From contig JAUPSS010000001.1 of the NCBI GenBank assembly GCA_040285825.1, positions 1,488,001-1,552,000 of the forward strand: a stretch of 64,000 nucleotides of DNA. The letters run 5' to 3'. The DNA is from Eukaryota sp. TZLM1-RC. Lineage: Eukaryota > Protista > Metamonada: BaSk clade. Made by a program: the position numbers and the translations under genes. Below the pieces are notes generated by a model, which saw nothing but the letters and a program-made list of their open reading frames with translations, ran no database searches and was not told where the DNA came from. Positions 12,516-25,837 of the stretch are shown one piece after another. Positions within the stretch are counted from its first letter, which is position 1; each line of letters starts with the position of its first letter.

Positions 12516-13911
12516 AATTTGTTATTCTGGAAAATTCACTCATATTTTAAGGTCAACTCCCCCTTCGGTATCTCTCAATTTTTGCAGATCTTTTAACAAA
12601 CTTCGAGTCAAATTTTTTTCTTCTTTATTAGACGTAAATGAATCTTTAATTCGAAGTCATGTATTTTGTTCAGCAGATTTGGGTGGAATTGGATTCACCA
12701 AATCTTCGATTCTGTGTAAAGCAGCATTTTTGGGAGGTGGTGAAAATTTTGTTTTTGAATTTTTCCAAAGGTTCCCTTTTGATGTTCATCTGATCAATGG
12801 TGAATCAAATTTTTACTTGAATCAACTGCAATTTGAATTAGAAAATTTGCCTAGTGATATCTGGATTCAGTGTTTTCCTCAAAATGTTCAAGAAATTCCC
12901 ACCCGATCACTTCCAAATTTACGTTTTTGCTTGAAAAAGCTTCAGCACCATCTGGTTAAATTATATGAAGGCTTGGATTATGAAGTAAGACTTGGCTTGG
13001 CCAAAACTAAGAATCCCGCTTTCGGTAATTTTTTAAAGCATATTCGTGATAGTTCAGCTGCTGCTTTAGTAACTCAAGTTCCCTCTGTTTATGGACTTTT
13101 GTTAAAAAACAATGAATGGCTTTTAAACATGCGTTTTCGTTGTTTTCTGTGGCCAAACAATTTGCCCAATCATTTAACTTGTAAATGTGGTAAACCTCTT
13201 TTGTTTACTCATCTTTTGAACTGTAAACATTTCATTACGTTTAGAAGCAAAGTGCATAATAACGTCAGGGACCAAATTTATGTAATGTGCAAATCATATC
13301 GTGTAGATTCCTTTTTAGAACCGCTGTTATCGAAATTAATTCTTGATGATCCCAATATTGATAGTACGCGTTACAACAGAGCTTCTATGGGTCTGACTAG
13401 AGGTGATCTAGTTGTTCCTGGTTTAAATGGTAGTTTAACTATTTTAGACGCCATGTCTATTGACCCTTGTAATTCCTCTAACGAACATTTCATTAACTCG
13501 GATGTAAATAATCCTCTTCTTGCAGGCGAAAAATATAAAATTGCTAAATATGCGAAACCCATTTCCTCGGTTAATGAAAATTCTCATGCCCAATATAATT
13601 TATGTCCATTTGTTTTTTCTTTGCTTGGATCTCTAGGTAAGGCTGCTATGGCTTTCCTTGAGGATTTTGTTGTAGTTGTAAAGGAAAGAACTGGAAGAAT
13701 TTTCAATCGTGTTTACTGGCAAAACAGGATTGTATTTTCTATTTTTAAGGGAATGGTAACACTAATTTCTGATTCACTATCTTCTTTTGGGAAATTTTCT
13801 GAATCTTTAGCGATTAATTGTTTTGATGTAGGGGAGGCAGGTTTTGAGGATGTGGAGTTTTAATTGTGTATTTCATATTTGTTGTTGAATAAAAATGTTT
13901 TGATAAAAAAA
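12516..13911 (+). mobile_element. 5'-truncated CRE-like element, family A, nested in the REL region of family F; 394-aa ORF open to the C-terminus
   Basis: CKCG..H...C..HN.VRD zinc-finger motif, RGD/D/KY REL motifs, AATAAA plus A-tail. TSD agtttaacccaa (12504-12515) / agttttacccaa (13912-13923). Confidence 0.9.
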
Positions 13912-14865
13912 AGTTTTACCCAAGCTTCAAAATTAAGAAAAAGCAAAAGGACAAAGAATGTATTGAGTATGTGAGTTGGAATTCAAATTTTTGATTTTTT
14001 CTGTACAACTTTATAATTTTCGCTTCTTTGGCTCTTTGTAAAGGTGTGTTATGAGATTGTGCCAGTTTTTCATTTGAGCTGTTTGATACATCAGTAGAAC
14101 TGACATCAATAATGATCCTTGATCCATTAAGTCCGGTAACTAGCACATCACCACGACTGTCACCAAAAGAATTTCTGTCAGATTCATCGGCCAAATTTGA
14201 AAGCAAAGGTTCTCAAAAAGTTTTAATCTTGTAGGATTTAAACAATCAATAAAGCTAATCAGGAATTGCATCATGCATTTTTGATCTAAAAGTAATAAAT
14301 CGATTACAATTAAATAAATGGGTTGGTGTGACAGTCTTTGCACCTTTACAAATTAAACCATGGGGAACATTATCAGGTCAAATAAATGATCGAAGACGCA
14401 TAGATAATAAAAAGCAAGGGTCATTGAGAAACAAATCATAAACTCTTGGTACTTGATTAATTAAACCAGAGGCAGAACTATCGCAAACGTCCAGTAAAAA
14501 ATTTCCAAAAGCGGGATTTGTTTTGCTTGGCCATGCCAAGACGTACTTCATAATCCAAGCCTTCAAATATTACTGTCAGTTTTTGTTGAAGCTTCTTCAC
14601 ACAATACCTTAAATTAACTAAATTTCGTGGAGGAATCTCTTGAACTGAGCCGGGAGAACATTGACCCCAAATTTCTGGTGCAATTTATTAATGGCAACAT
14701 CAAGGTCATACAAATATTTTGGACTGTATAATGGATTGAGCAAATGACACCATTATAGATGCCAATGTTGTTGTAGAGTTTTGTCAAAATAAAACAATTG
14801 TTTTTTTATAATATATAGTAATTTTGTTTTGATAAATGATTGCAGAAATTATTTTAATTTTGTTT

Positions 14866-15090
14866 CAGCAGAAACTTTTTTTGAATGACTTCCAAAAAAT
14901 AGTTCAAGAAAAAACAATGAAAAGATTTGATATTTTTATGGCGTTCACGGATTCAATTTGCCATTATTAATAGATTACCTCGGTTTTTCAATACAATAAG
15001 AGATCAAGATATTGTAGAGGAAATCTTGGTTCAATGATAGTCGCCCCATAAGCTATGAGTTAATTTAATTAAGTGTACAAATTCAATAAA
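14866..15090 (+). mobile_element. Short 3' fragment of CRE-like family C
   Basis: Matches the reverse complement of ~45500-45750 (KTMKRFDIF...VEEILV, 3' UTR with aataaa). Confidence 0.75.
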
Positions 15091-16459
15091 CACAGGATTT
15101 GGTAAAGTCAAAATTAACAAATTGTGAAGAAGAGAACAAGTGTGCTCGAATTAGCTCAGGATTCACTTATAATAAGGAGGCAAAAAAAGTTGCACGAAGT
15201 TGATTAAATGATCGGCAAAAATCTATAGATAATGAAGGTGCTGTCGACCTCAATAAGTGAGTACTTTTTCCGGAGTAACAAATTTTTAAAATAAAAAGTA
15301 ATATGTTTTTCAATTCCTAATTCAGAAATTAAATGAAGTTCAGTACCAAGTTTAGCACCAATTTCGTCAAGATTTATAGTAATTTTATCGACATTTCCTA
15401 ACCAACATCCTAGAAAACGAAAAGCTTCCTGTGAATAATTGGTAAAAGGAATTTTACAATTATTAACTTTAAACTCATTGAAATCATTACCATTTAATAA
15501 ACATTTTTTAGGATTCAAGTGAAGACCAATGATTTCATATTGTTCAGCTATTTCATTTGAAGCATATTGGACAACACCAAAAGGACCGATAAGGGAGATG
15601 TCATCCATGTAACCTACAATTTTTAGAGAAGGGTATTTTTCATTAATAACAATCAATGATTCTTGGATTGCTATGCAAAATAATAATGGGCCTAAAGAAT
15701 CCCCTTGCTTTCCTCCTGATGAAGACTTGAGAGAAAATACATCAAATACTAATTCATTGGTTCTGTCGTAAAACAAACAGAAATAACTTGATAGTTCAGG
15801 GAAATGTTTTTGAATTACTTCATAAATTGCTTTTCTTTTTACACTATTAAAAGCGTTGCTAAAATCTAAATTGAAAATAAAATTGTTTTCTTTGGAGTTA
15901 AAAACAAGTCTGATGTCAGAAAAGACTGACCTCCGTCAATGTACCTGCCTCAAAGACATAGTTTTTTTAATTGTTTAACTGTTGGCATTAGATTTTGGTC
16001 AAAGGCAGCATTTTTGTTCACAAAAGATTTCTTTTTTTGCAAAAAAATTCCAAAAGCTACTTGTTACCCATTCATTGTTCTTCTTGTAAAATCAAAACTT
16101 GTAAATCAAAGAAGTAGAACAGACAATGGATTGGAAGAAGCAGGACTCAGTTCAACAGGAATCTTGACTGGAGGTCTTAGAGTATCTTGTGCTGTACAGG
16201 ATCGACAAAAAAGCAATGGTATACCGTGATTATTATTAATTATTTTGGTATTCAACATCTGACTTTATTTTGTTTTGAATAAAAATCAATAAATATTCAA
16301 CATCTGTTAAAGGATTTATATAAAAAAGATAAGATCACCAAATCTCAATGCATTAAGTTAAAATACAAGAAAGCAGAAGATAATGAAATATTGCACAATT
16401 GAAGGAACAGCTCATTTAGTCAATCAAAATCAATCAAAATTAATCAACTGACAAAATTT

Positions 16460-18055
16460 TCATTGCGAGTCTCTGAGTGATTTTGTTTTTTCATCTAAAA
16501 CAAGCGACTCATTTATCAATTCTTCTAAATCGTCAACACTAACAGAGCAGCTCTTGGAGAATAAATTAGTTTTTAAATAATTCAATTGCTCTTTATGTCG
16601 TGAAATAATGCAAGAAATTTGCTCATCAAAATCAGCTTTCTGTTCATCAAGTTCCTTTTTGAGACTTTCAATCAAAATTGATTGACTTTGATTGACTTCT
16701 GATTGATTTTGAACTGTTTCCTTTAGAGCAACGGATTCTTCTAACACAGGTTTAAATTTTGATTCAAAATCGCTGATCAAGCTTGTCAAAAATTCTTGAC
16801 AAGCCGAAAATTCCACACTCACACTACTCTTGACAGTGACCAAGCCCTGACTAAGACATTCTATTTGACCCCTGAAAAATTTAAAATATTGTGAATGTTG
16901 ATCTTGCTCTCCCTGCAAATCTTCCAAAAACTTTAAAATTTCGGCATTATCCTCTTGTAACTTGGAAATTTTCGCTTGAGCCAAACTCTCGACTTTTTTG
17001 ATAGCTTCTGATTGAATCGAATAACACTGATTTTTGGTCTTTTCGATATTTTCATTGACAATTGCATTATGCTCACTAAGTGTAATTGAATTTTGTAGTC
17101 TTTCATTCAACTGATTGATAGAATTATTCATTGAATTAAAAAGCGAATTTTCGCTTATTTTACATTCAATGTCACTAGAAAGTTGTTCAATCGCTTTTGA
17201 TTGATTCATTTCCAATTCTGACCTATGACGTGTAAGTCGCTTGACCTCAGACGAAAGTTTTTCAATTTCTGATCGGTACATGTCATCCTGACGTTGATGC
17301 TGATCCAATTCTGATTCAAGATTGAGTACTTTGTTTTTATATGAAGAAATGCAATTTTCTAAATGCGAAATTCTTAATCTTGATTTTTTCAGAATATTTT
17401 CAAAAGACCGAGTTTTTGACTCTAATAAATCATCACTTTCCATTTTTGATTGTCGAAGTTGACCAGCCTCCTTTTCCAAAACGGCAAGTTGTCTGTTAAG
17501 CGAATTATTGGCGTTTTTGAGTTTTCCTAATCTTTCTGATCCAATTTTGACTCGTGCTAGTTCATCAGCTAAATCATGTGCCCTTTTTTCTGCTTCTGCA
17601 CGTGATTTTCTTTCTCGGTCAAGGGACTTCTCAAGAATCTCAATTTCATTTTGAGCTTTCTTCAGTAGTTGTTTTGAGCTATTAAGAGATTTTTGAGCTT
17701 TGAGAGTATCATTTTCACGGACTAAATGAGTTGGATTTGAGGAATCTCCCAATAACGAAGAATTAAAAGATACTCTAGTTGAGTTGGGGTTATGGTTAGC
17801 ATGTGCTTGGGCTTGGGCTTGTGCTAGTGATTCAGTGAGACTTATGATAGTTTTGGTTTGGTCGTTTGAGAGCGATTCAGAGATGATCTCACCTATACGT
17901 TCCAAAGCATGTGGAACTGTATCAGATGTTTTGGCAAGTGCAGGGATAAAGCGGTCGTTGACTATTTTCTTGATGGTTTCTTCAAATAAGGACTGAAGTT
18001 GACGCAGGCGGTGATCAAAGGAAGCTCGGACATTGTCCAGTGAGGAAGAGGACAT
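16460..18055 (-). CDS. Long coiled-coil protein of unknown function (ATG at 18055; ORF open to 18145)
   Basis: About 530 aa rich in E/K/L/Q/S heptads; no other recognisable domain. Confidence 0.75.
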   Translation of the reverse strand: MSSSSLDNVRASFDHRLRQLQSLFEETIKKIVNDRFIPALAKTSDTVPHALERIGEIISESLSNDQTKTIISLTESLAQAQAQAHANHNPNSTRVSFNSSLLGDSSNPTHLVRENDTLKAQKSLNSSKQLLKKAQNEIEILEKSLDRERKSRAEAEKRAHDLADELARVKIGSERLGKLKNANNSLNRQLAVLEKEAGQLRQSKMESDDLLESKTRSFENILKKSRLRISHLENCISSYKNKVLNLESELDQHQRQDDMYRSEIEKLSSEVKRLTRHRSELEMNQSKAIEQLSSDIECKISENSLFNSMNNSINQLNERLQNSITLSEHNAIVNENIEKTKNQCYSIQSEAIKKVESLAQAKISKLQEDNAEILKFLEDLQGEQDQHSQYFKFFRGQIECLSQGLVTVKSSVSVEFSACQEFLTSLISDFESKFKPVLEESVALKETVQNQSEVNQSQSILIESLKKELDEQKADFDEQISCIISRHKEQLNYLKTNLFSKSCSVSVDDLEELINESLVLDEKTKSLRDSQ

Positions 18056-18902
18056 GTCCTCTATCAAGAGGGGTTGAGAGTGAAGAGCAGTGTGGTAGGT
18101 GATTTTGGCCTCCTTTGCATTACTAATATTGCTTTTTTGTATCAAATAGCATGTTTCTCGTTGGAATAAAATTAAATTTGTAAAAAAATTAAGAAATTTT
18201 GTTTGATCTGAAGCTTGTTTGTCTTTTCAAGTCAAATCTGATTGTTATTTACCTTAAAAATATTTCACAATCTTGTTCGCATTGTAATATATAACATTAC
18301 AGAAAACAGTGTTATCATTGTTTCACAGTGTTTGAAAAACTATCTTTCAGTTAGTTGAGTCGAAATGTTGTGTCCAAAATTGCAGCACGATTTTTTCTTG
18401 AATTGAATTCCATCTTAAGGTCCTGCAATAACCTTCCTCAGTACAAAAACTTTTTTTTCCTTTTTTCCCTAATTATCTCCTACTTTTTATGAAGCTTTAA
18501 TTAATATGAGAGACAAGGATGAGTGCAGCAATTATCATTTCCAATCCATTTCCGACACAAGTCTGCTGAAAGGGAATAAGAACTTGCGTTTGTTTTTAAC
18601 CTTGTTGGAATTAATCTTAAATTTCTTGAATGTGTTGTCGTTTTTTTGTTTAGTTTTTTGTCTTTAATACACTTAATGAAAGAATTTGTTTTAAATATAT
18701 TTACAATGATTTACATTTTGAAAAGGATATCAACAAAAAAATAAAGTCATCAATAGTGTTTTCATGTTGATTGAGTGATATAATAAAATCTCAGCCTTGT
18801 CTACCAACTTGCGTTATAAAGGAAAACCTCTAAAACCAGCCCCAAAAACCTTCCCTTGCCACGAACAAGGCAACCGGATGTTTTTCCTCACAGGTCTATT
18901 TC

Positions 18903-19271
18903 TCATGGAGAGCCATCTTCCCCTGGAGCTTGGTTGTCTGTACTTTGAGTACTATCAGAATTGTTGGCACCACTATCACATTCAAAAAGCTCCGATGGTT
19001 CATCATTGACGTCAGTAACTTCTGTTATAGACGTAAGAGGTGAAGGTTTGGTGTGATGAGAGGTAAACATCCACTGTTCATATCGTTCTATGATATTTTC
19101 ACTATCATCAGAGCAGTAGTCAGTTAATTCTATCTCATCAGTGTTGTCCCACGCCATCTCACAAGAAGAGAAAGCAGAGGATAGGTAATCAGAAATGGGT
19201 GATCCTTTTTCTTGGAGGGGCTGCTGTGGCTCATCGTTGGTATATAAAGGTAATGAGGTTGTGCATCCCAT
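18903..19271 (-). CDS. Small acidic protein with N-terminal MGC..S dual-acylation motif
   Basis: MGCTTS start fits N-myristoylation plus palmitoylation; D/E/S-rich 122-aa ORF. Confidence 0.55.
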   Translation of the reverse strand: MGCTTSLPLYTNDEPQQPLQEKGSPISDYLSSAFSSCEMAWDNTDEIELTDYCSDDSENIIERYEQWMFTSHHTKPSPLTSITEVTDVNDEPSELFECDSGANNSDSTQSTDNQAPGEDGSP

Positions 19272-19351
19272 TCAATCAAAGAGTAGGGTTTTGAAGTGCA
19301 AATCTTATCAGATTGCATTTTTCAAAATTTTGTCTCTCTTTATCCTAAAAA

Positions 19352-19390
19352 AGCACTACTGCTACTACTACTACTGCTGCCACTACTACC
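19352..19390. repeat. Imperfect (CTA/CTG)n microsatellite
   Basis: gcactactgctactactactactgctgccactactacc. Confidence 0.7.
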
Positions 19391-20437
19391 AAAGCATTGT
19401 TACAATTAGGAATAGAGTATAGGAATTGCGCATTGAAGATATTTGATGATGTTGATGCCTGTATTGATAATAGTGAGTTCTAGTTTTTTATTGAGTTGTT
19501 TTGTGTGCGTTTCAAAATAAACAATAAATTTGGATAATTTTTTTCTTGCCTTGTGTTTCTTATATTTAGAGAACTCTTTCTTATTCATGCCTTGTGTTTC
19601 TAATATTTAGAACATAACTGAATTGTGTCTGGAATGAATAATTCCCTTTCTCCATTTGCTGTGTTGTGATAGAGACGTGAATTTCTAATTCTATTTATAG
19701 TGAGAGTAGTAGTGTTGCTTCATTTTCATTTGGAATTAGATCAGTAGGAGGGTATAAAGGAATACAAGAATGCAGGAAAGAGGTCTCTAGGTTAATATTT
19801 GTGTAGCGGAAAGGTGATTGATTAAAGTCATGACAGGGCATTGTGATTGTCAAATTCAGGTGGTGTAAGATGCTGTTCAACAACTTGTATGAAGAATCAA
19901 CAATGCTTGTATTCATCATTTTAATAATTTTCAAGATGGTCGGTGACCCTATTCGGACATCCTCTTATATTCATCATCTTAACAATTTAAAATGAAATAT
20001 TAAAAATAATAATTAAAACAATTATTTTGACATGTGAATGAATTCCATTTTCACCTGCATTCCTTAAATGTCATCAAACAACTCTCATTGAAACATCATT
20101 TCTTGACACTCACTAGTCGAAAGATACATAATAACCAACCTTGCAACAGTTGGAGGTCAATTCAACCTTTTGGAGTTTGCTGAAAAACATGGATAATAAC
20201 GGCTACAGTGTACAATTAAGGTTAGTTATCATTTAATCCTGAAATGAGTAGAGATATACAAAAGTCCAACGTTTTCTGCAGACAACTTTACAAAATCTTT
20301 GATAGTGTTTTCGTCAGAATCAATGGTTATATGATAATGTGTCGATGTTATCACACTAAGCTGACATCACTCCAAATTGTCTTAGCCGTAGCCAAACGTG
20401 ACTTTTTCTTTTAGGAAGGTATCACGTTATCATTTAT

Positions 20438-21264
20438 TGTTGTTGTCGAACTTAAATTGAATTAGTAGGTATCTTTGTATTTTGACTGATGACGTGATAC
20501 TCGTTTATGAATCAGTTTTATTAATAAAGTTAGATTTCTCTCTCTCCTTCGTGTGTTCATCTGCCTAACGGCATCAATAATTATTGGCCCTTCTTATTTC
20601 AGATGACTGTTCCCTCTGTTAACCTGACGTCTCTTTCTTCCATGAAAGTTGAAAGTGTTCTCTTGTTCCTACAAGAGTGAAAGATTTATTCTTCGGTGAC
20701 TCCTAAGAAAGAGCTTGTTCCAGCAAGACTCTTGGTCGATTCTTTTCTGTTAGAGTCCTATCTCTCCAGAAATCCGACGTCTCATCCAGTGACGATGTTC
20801 TTCTCAGACATCTACAATCTGTCGTATCGTTCGCCACGTACGAAGATTTTAGTCTGGCTATGTCAGAACTGAAGCTTGATGTCCGTATTGGTGACGTCCG
20901 AGAACGCATGTCCTGTTACCTGCGACGTTTCCTCCAGGTAAAGAGTAGGGCTTCCGGACTGAAGTTGCCAGACATAGCTTTTCTGAACCGATTTGCCAGA
21001 GGAATTCTTCCCGTAGGTCTCCTACGTTCTCATACCAACGATGCACCGGAGAATTTAACAAACCCCATATCTTCCCTCTATTGAGCCAGTACTGTATTTG
21101 TCCTCAGAGAAATGGGAAAAAGTAGTGTTGTTGTCGAACTTAAATTGAATTAGTAGGTATCTTTGTATTTTGACTGATGACGTGATACTCGTTTATGAAT
21201 CAGTTTTATTAATAAAGTTAGATTTCTCTCTCTCCTTCGTGTGTTCATCTGCCTAACGGCATCA
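20438..21264 (+). mobile_element. Miniature non-autonomous LTR element (TRIM-like) with a possible gag remnant
   Basis: Identical 139-bp LTRs at 20438-20576 and 21126-21264 (TGTTG...CATCA); 4-bp TSD TTAT; PPT agagaaatgggaaaaagtag before the 3' LTR; broken ORF from ATG 20603. Confidence 0.9.
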
Positions 21265-21891
21265 TTATTTGAATTCTAGATTATTTCTTGTTTTATATTT
21301 GGTTTCTTTCATCCCTGGTCAAAAACTCCTGTTTTGCTGATTATGCGTAGTGCACCAAAAACATCAGTTGAGGTAGAATTTTCGAGTATAGTACAGATGT
21401 AGCACTTCATAATTGTAAATAATTCAAATCTTCGACATTTTGTTTAAAATAAATGATGAGTAATATGACCCTTGTATTGAACTTCAATGGAATGTCTACA
21501 AGATGAACTTGCCGAACTTGAAAAAACTGGTTGTTTGTCTTTGCGTTTTAGGAAACAATGTCTATATTGGCATCGGTGCTGACAGTTCAATCACAGTAAC
21601 TATTCTGCTGTTTTAGAACCAAAATTATTCAATAATAGTGCATGAAAGTCGTTTTTAAACACAAGAAATTCTTGCATTTCTTCCCACAACAGTTTCATGC
21701 AAAATTGAACGATAAGTTAGCAGTTTAGAACAAGGAAAACCATGGTATAAGGTAAGTTTCGATGATGTCCAAGCAAATAATGAATTGAATAGGAACGGTT
21801 GAGGAAATGTTGTTGTCTCAAATTATGTCGGCCGTTGGGTCGGAGATTTTCTGACATTGATATTCCAGTGTTGCCAATCTTCCCTATCCTC

Positions 21892-22332
21892 ATGCAAACT
21901 TCCATTCTTCGACACAAACACAAGTACTACTATAGATTACGTCAGACTGGTAAAACCAAGGAAGAGATAGAATCCTTGCTTGCAGCTACTACCACTCTTT
22001 ATGTCGGAAATCTTTCTTTTTACACATCAGAGGAGCAGATTCATGCTCTTTTTTCTCGTGCTGGTCGGATCAAACGTATCATTATGGGACTCAACAAGAA
22101 ATCACTCAAACCATGCGGTTTTTGCTTCGTTGAATACTATACCCGTGCATCGACTGAGATTGCCATGAGGTATATCAACAGAACAATACTAGATGAAAGG
22201 GAAATCCGAACAGATTTTGATATTGGTTTTGAACCAGGTCGCCAGTATGGTAGAGGAGAAGGGGGTGGTCAGATAAGGGATGAAGAACGAAGAAGGAAAC
22301 GCCTGGTGGATCCTGGCCGAGGCGATCTTTAG
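21892..22332 (+). CDS. NCBP2: Nuclear cap-binding protein subunit 2 (CBP20)
   Basis: [17 protein letters not shown]...IIMGL...[10 protein letters not shown]...[14 protein letters not shown] signature; first in-frame ATG at 21892. Confidence 0.95.
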   Translation: MQTSILRHKHKYYYRLRQTGKTKEEIESLLAATTTLYVGNLSFYTSEEQIHALFSRAGRIKRIIMGLNKKSLKPCGFCFVEYYTRASTEIAMRYINRTILDEREIRTDFDIGFEPGRQYGRGEGGGQIRDEERRRKRLVDPGRGDL

Positions 22333-22866
22333 GTTTATTTTGATTTCTGTTTGTCTTTATGTTTTTTGTCCTTTTACTTTAAATGCAACTTGTTTTATGG
22401 TTTTATGAATGTTGAAATACTTATATTTTATTAGCATTGTTATACTTGAATTTGTGTGGTCAATAAAGAGCCACAGATATTCAGTAATAAAATGAATAAG
22501 AATTCAAACATTCAAACCTTCAGCAACAACAAAAGTGACTACAAGAACAGAAACATCATGTCTGAAACAGTAATCTATTATGTCAATACCAGTAGATCAA
22601 ATTGCATAAAATACAATTATTCATACACTTCCTGTTCCTGTTTCTGGTTGAACACCTCAAACAACTTTTTTCCGAACATCCTTCCACCATCTTAGCGGGT
22701 TGACGAACAATCTAAAAGAGATTGAGTTACACTGTTGAAGTGGGTCAATCATTTTTTAAATCTGCAAGCCTTCCCAACGCTTCGCCGAACTAGCCTAGTT
22801 CAGGCATTCTAGATCAACAGTTTTAATATTACATTCAAGTCCAAACAGCTCTTCTCTTCTCAATTT

Positions 22867-23861
22867 TTCTCCCCATCTCACTTGCACAATCCCCATGATC
22901 AACCACTGGTTATATCTTGCCACTCTTTCACTATGGTTAACAAAACCGTTCACTTCCAAGATAACATATGAACGTTGTAGTAATCAGTTAGCAACAATAT
23001 TAATGCTGGACTCATCACATCAGATGGTCAAAGTCAAGAACCTTTTTTTAAATTCACAATCTGACCTATGATTAGATCGGAGAAGTAGATCGGTAAAAAA
23101 TTTCTAACCTCAAATCCTAAATTCCAACCCTACCACTAACCGAGCAGTTATCTTTTTCCCACACTGGCTTTCAATCTTTTTTGTCTGTTGTTTTATTATT
23201 ACTCAAATTGTTTTGTATTTTGTAATTGTTCACCATGAATCCAATACTGGTTGATTTATCAATGCTGATGACTCAACCTTAGATTTCACCAAAGTCAAAA
23301 CTTTAGGTCCAGTTGATTCTGATGGTAAAGTTGATAGTGGATGTGCTCATGATGATCCTCTTATTACCCTTGTTAAATGCAATTTTGATTTTGATGATGT
23401 AGTTCTTGTTCGTTGTCAATCTCACTCTATTGATGCTACTGATTCTACTATTGATTTAGAAACTGTTCTTGTTGGTTTACTCAGCTGCTACTGTGGATTA
23501 ACAACAATTTGTTACTAAAGTTATAACCAATGTTGGTATTTCTGATTCATTATTTTTCAACAAATAATAACACGTTTTCATTTATTTATTTTGCTATTGT
23601 TTGGATTAATAACGCTCTGTTTTAATTTGAACTTTTGAATTAGCCAAACCCGTGAATGGAATCAATTACGACCTCTGTATCTGTACTTTGCATTTTTCAT
23701 TTAGTTTTTTGTTTCCAAATCACCTTAGTTCTTTAATATATGTAGAGTTGATTGTTTTCTGATGATGTTTTTATTTTCAAATTTAGAGTCTCTACCAAAT
23801 ATTGAGAGTAATTCTCTTTATTTAGATTCTCTATTCATAAATACATAATTGACTGAGTAAT
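22867..23861 (+). repeat. Left copy of a ~1-kb inverted repeat (partner at 36520-37506)
   Basis: Colinear reverse-complement match with scattered substitutions and one small indel; contains the short DFTKVKTLGPVDSDG reading frame. Confidence 0.92.
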
Positions 23862-25837
23862 CATTAATTATTTAGTTTTTTACTGATTGTAGTTGATTAC
23901 GGTCAAGAAGAATCTGATTACATGTGTCTGTATAGTCTACATGTTTTTGGATCTTTTCTCCTATTTGTATTTGAAATTAATGTACACTAACTTTTATGTT
24001 TAATAATCAGAGTGGTTGCATTAATCTTGGTCTTCGACTGTTACTAGAACAAGTATAAAACAAAGTAGGAAAACTGTTTTGTTGAAGTCTCAGGACACAT
24101 GAAATTTTTAATTTAAACCGAAATTTTTTGAGATAATCACAAAATCAGACCAATTTCTGCACATGGAGGTTCATCACAGAGTTCAGAAAATAATTATAAT
24201 GAAGAGTCAGGAACACATACACCCTTGCCTCAGAAACAGGTATTCAAATACCCTTTTGGAACATTTTAGATTTTGGAGATTAAGGAGTATATGTAAACTC
24301 TCGTGCTTCATAATCCTTAGTCCCTTTCCATAAAACACAATGGAAGTGTATGAGATCACAAACAAACTTAACATATGATCACTCAACACCATTTCCTGTG
24401 TGAAATCACACTCCCAGACAATAAAACTCCTTTATTCGTCGTTTAGTACCTACTAGTTCTACATCATAACTACTCATAACATCATAATTGAGATTTAAGT
24501 GTCCTCCATTTTGACGGTGATAGCAGCGTTTTCACTTCGGTAGCTTCCTTCAGCTGGGGTTCGTACATATACATTAACTTACAACAAATAGTGTTGATCA
24601 TTCTGTACTCATATTTTTAAACACATGGACGGCCTGTTATTGGTTGATGCTCTTCGAATAAGTTCTTTGAATACAAGACCTGGAGCTTTTGTACCTAACT
24701 GTGTAGTGTAACTGATGCCATTGTGTTTTACTTCAATATCGTTGCTGGTATACGAACTGGTAGACATGAATATAGTATAAGTGATTTAGTGTATTGATGG
24801 AGTGGGGTATCCGAATTCCTTTTTATGTGGGGGGTATATTATTTCCATTTTCTGTGAAAAAGGGTCTATGAGTGCTTTTCCCTATAATGAAATACAAGAG
24901 TCTAGATAAATGAATGATCACGTCTTCATCTTTCCTAAATAGGAAGGTCTCGTTTCGCGGTGGCTTACAAAGAAGCAGTGTTTAGGTCGTCTGATAGCCG
25001 CTGTTGTTCTTGATGATAATGGACAATTGTTTAGAGTTTCATTATCTCTACAGTTAATTTTAAGCGTAGCCTTTCCATGTAAGTCAATGAATTTTTTACA
25101 AGGGATTGTTCACTTTGTCCACGATAAGTTGTCAACATTCGATGGTAGGAATTCCATCTTGTTTTAACTTGAATAGGAATTGTCCTATTGTTGTAGCTAA
25201 CATTTTTGAAAAAGCGTTTAATTTGTTATGGGTTCAGGTACCAAAATACCCCTTATTCCCAAAAGGGTTGTGAAATGACCCTCTTTTTCTCTCAAAAGTG
25301 GTCATCTTAGTCAATACATGTCTTTATTGTATCTTACCAATCAAACTATATACTTCAACCTTTGATACTTTCTATCATGAGCAATTCGTCATCTGTAGAC
25401 TCTCAATCAAAGTCAAAAGAATCTGTTTATACCTAGTTCAAAGATGAGTACCATCAACTCGTACCAAAGGTCTACAGTATTCATCTCCATCCATGGATTT
25501 TGTCAAAGTTACAAACAATCGGGTAAATTCAGAGCCATCGAAATGAATGTGGTAGTAAGATCCAGGATTCAGAGTCACAAGATCCTCGAAATTCGCAGGT
25601 AGTTGCTTGAAGTTGTCTTTCTCTGATCCAAAAAGTGCATTTTTACACAGGTGGCGAATTTTTTTACAGTATGTTTCCCTACTTTTGTTTTCGAGATTGA
25701 TTGCAAAATAGGTAGGAATGACTTAGATAGGGTGTTCGGATTTTCGAGAACCTTTTTCCGTATGACGGGTACAGATGCAACATATTTAGCAGAAGCAGCT
25801 CGTGTTTCGGAGGTTTTGTTGTTAAGATTTTGACATG

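Larger units (their letters stand above)
12240..16040 (-). mobile_element. CRE-like non-LTR retrotransposon, family F, fragmented by two insertions
   Basis: RT motifs LDFSNAFN (~15850-15875), GKQGDSLGPLLFC and YMDD (ORF 15204-15776); REL motifs RGDVLV...IIIDVS (ORF 13916-14206); C-terminus ...EYEEIDF (12285-12491). Confidence 0.85.
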
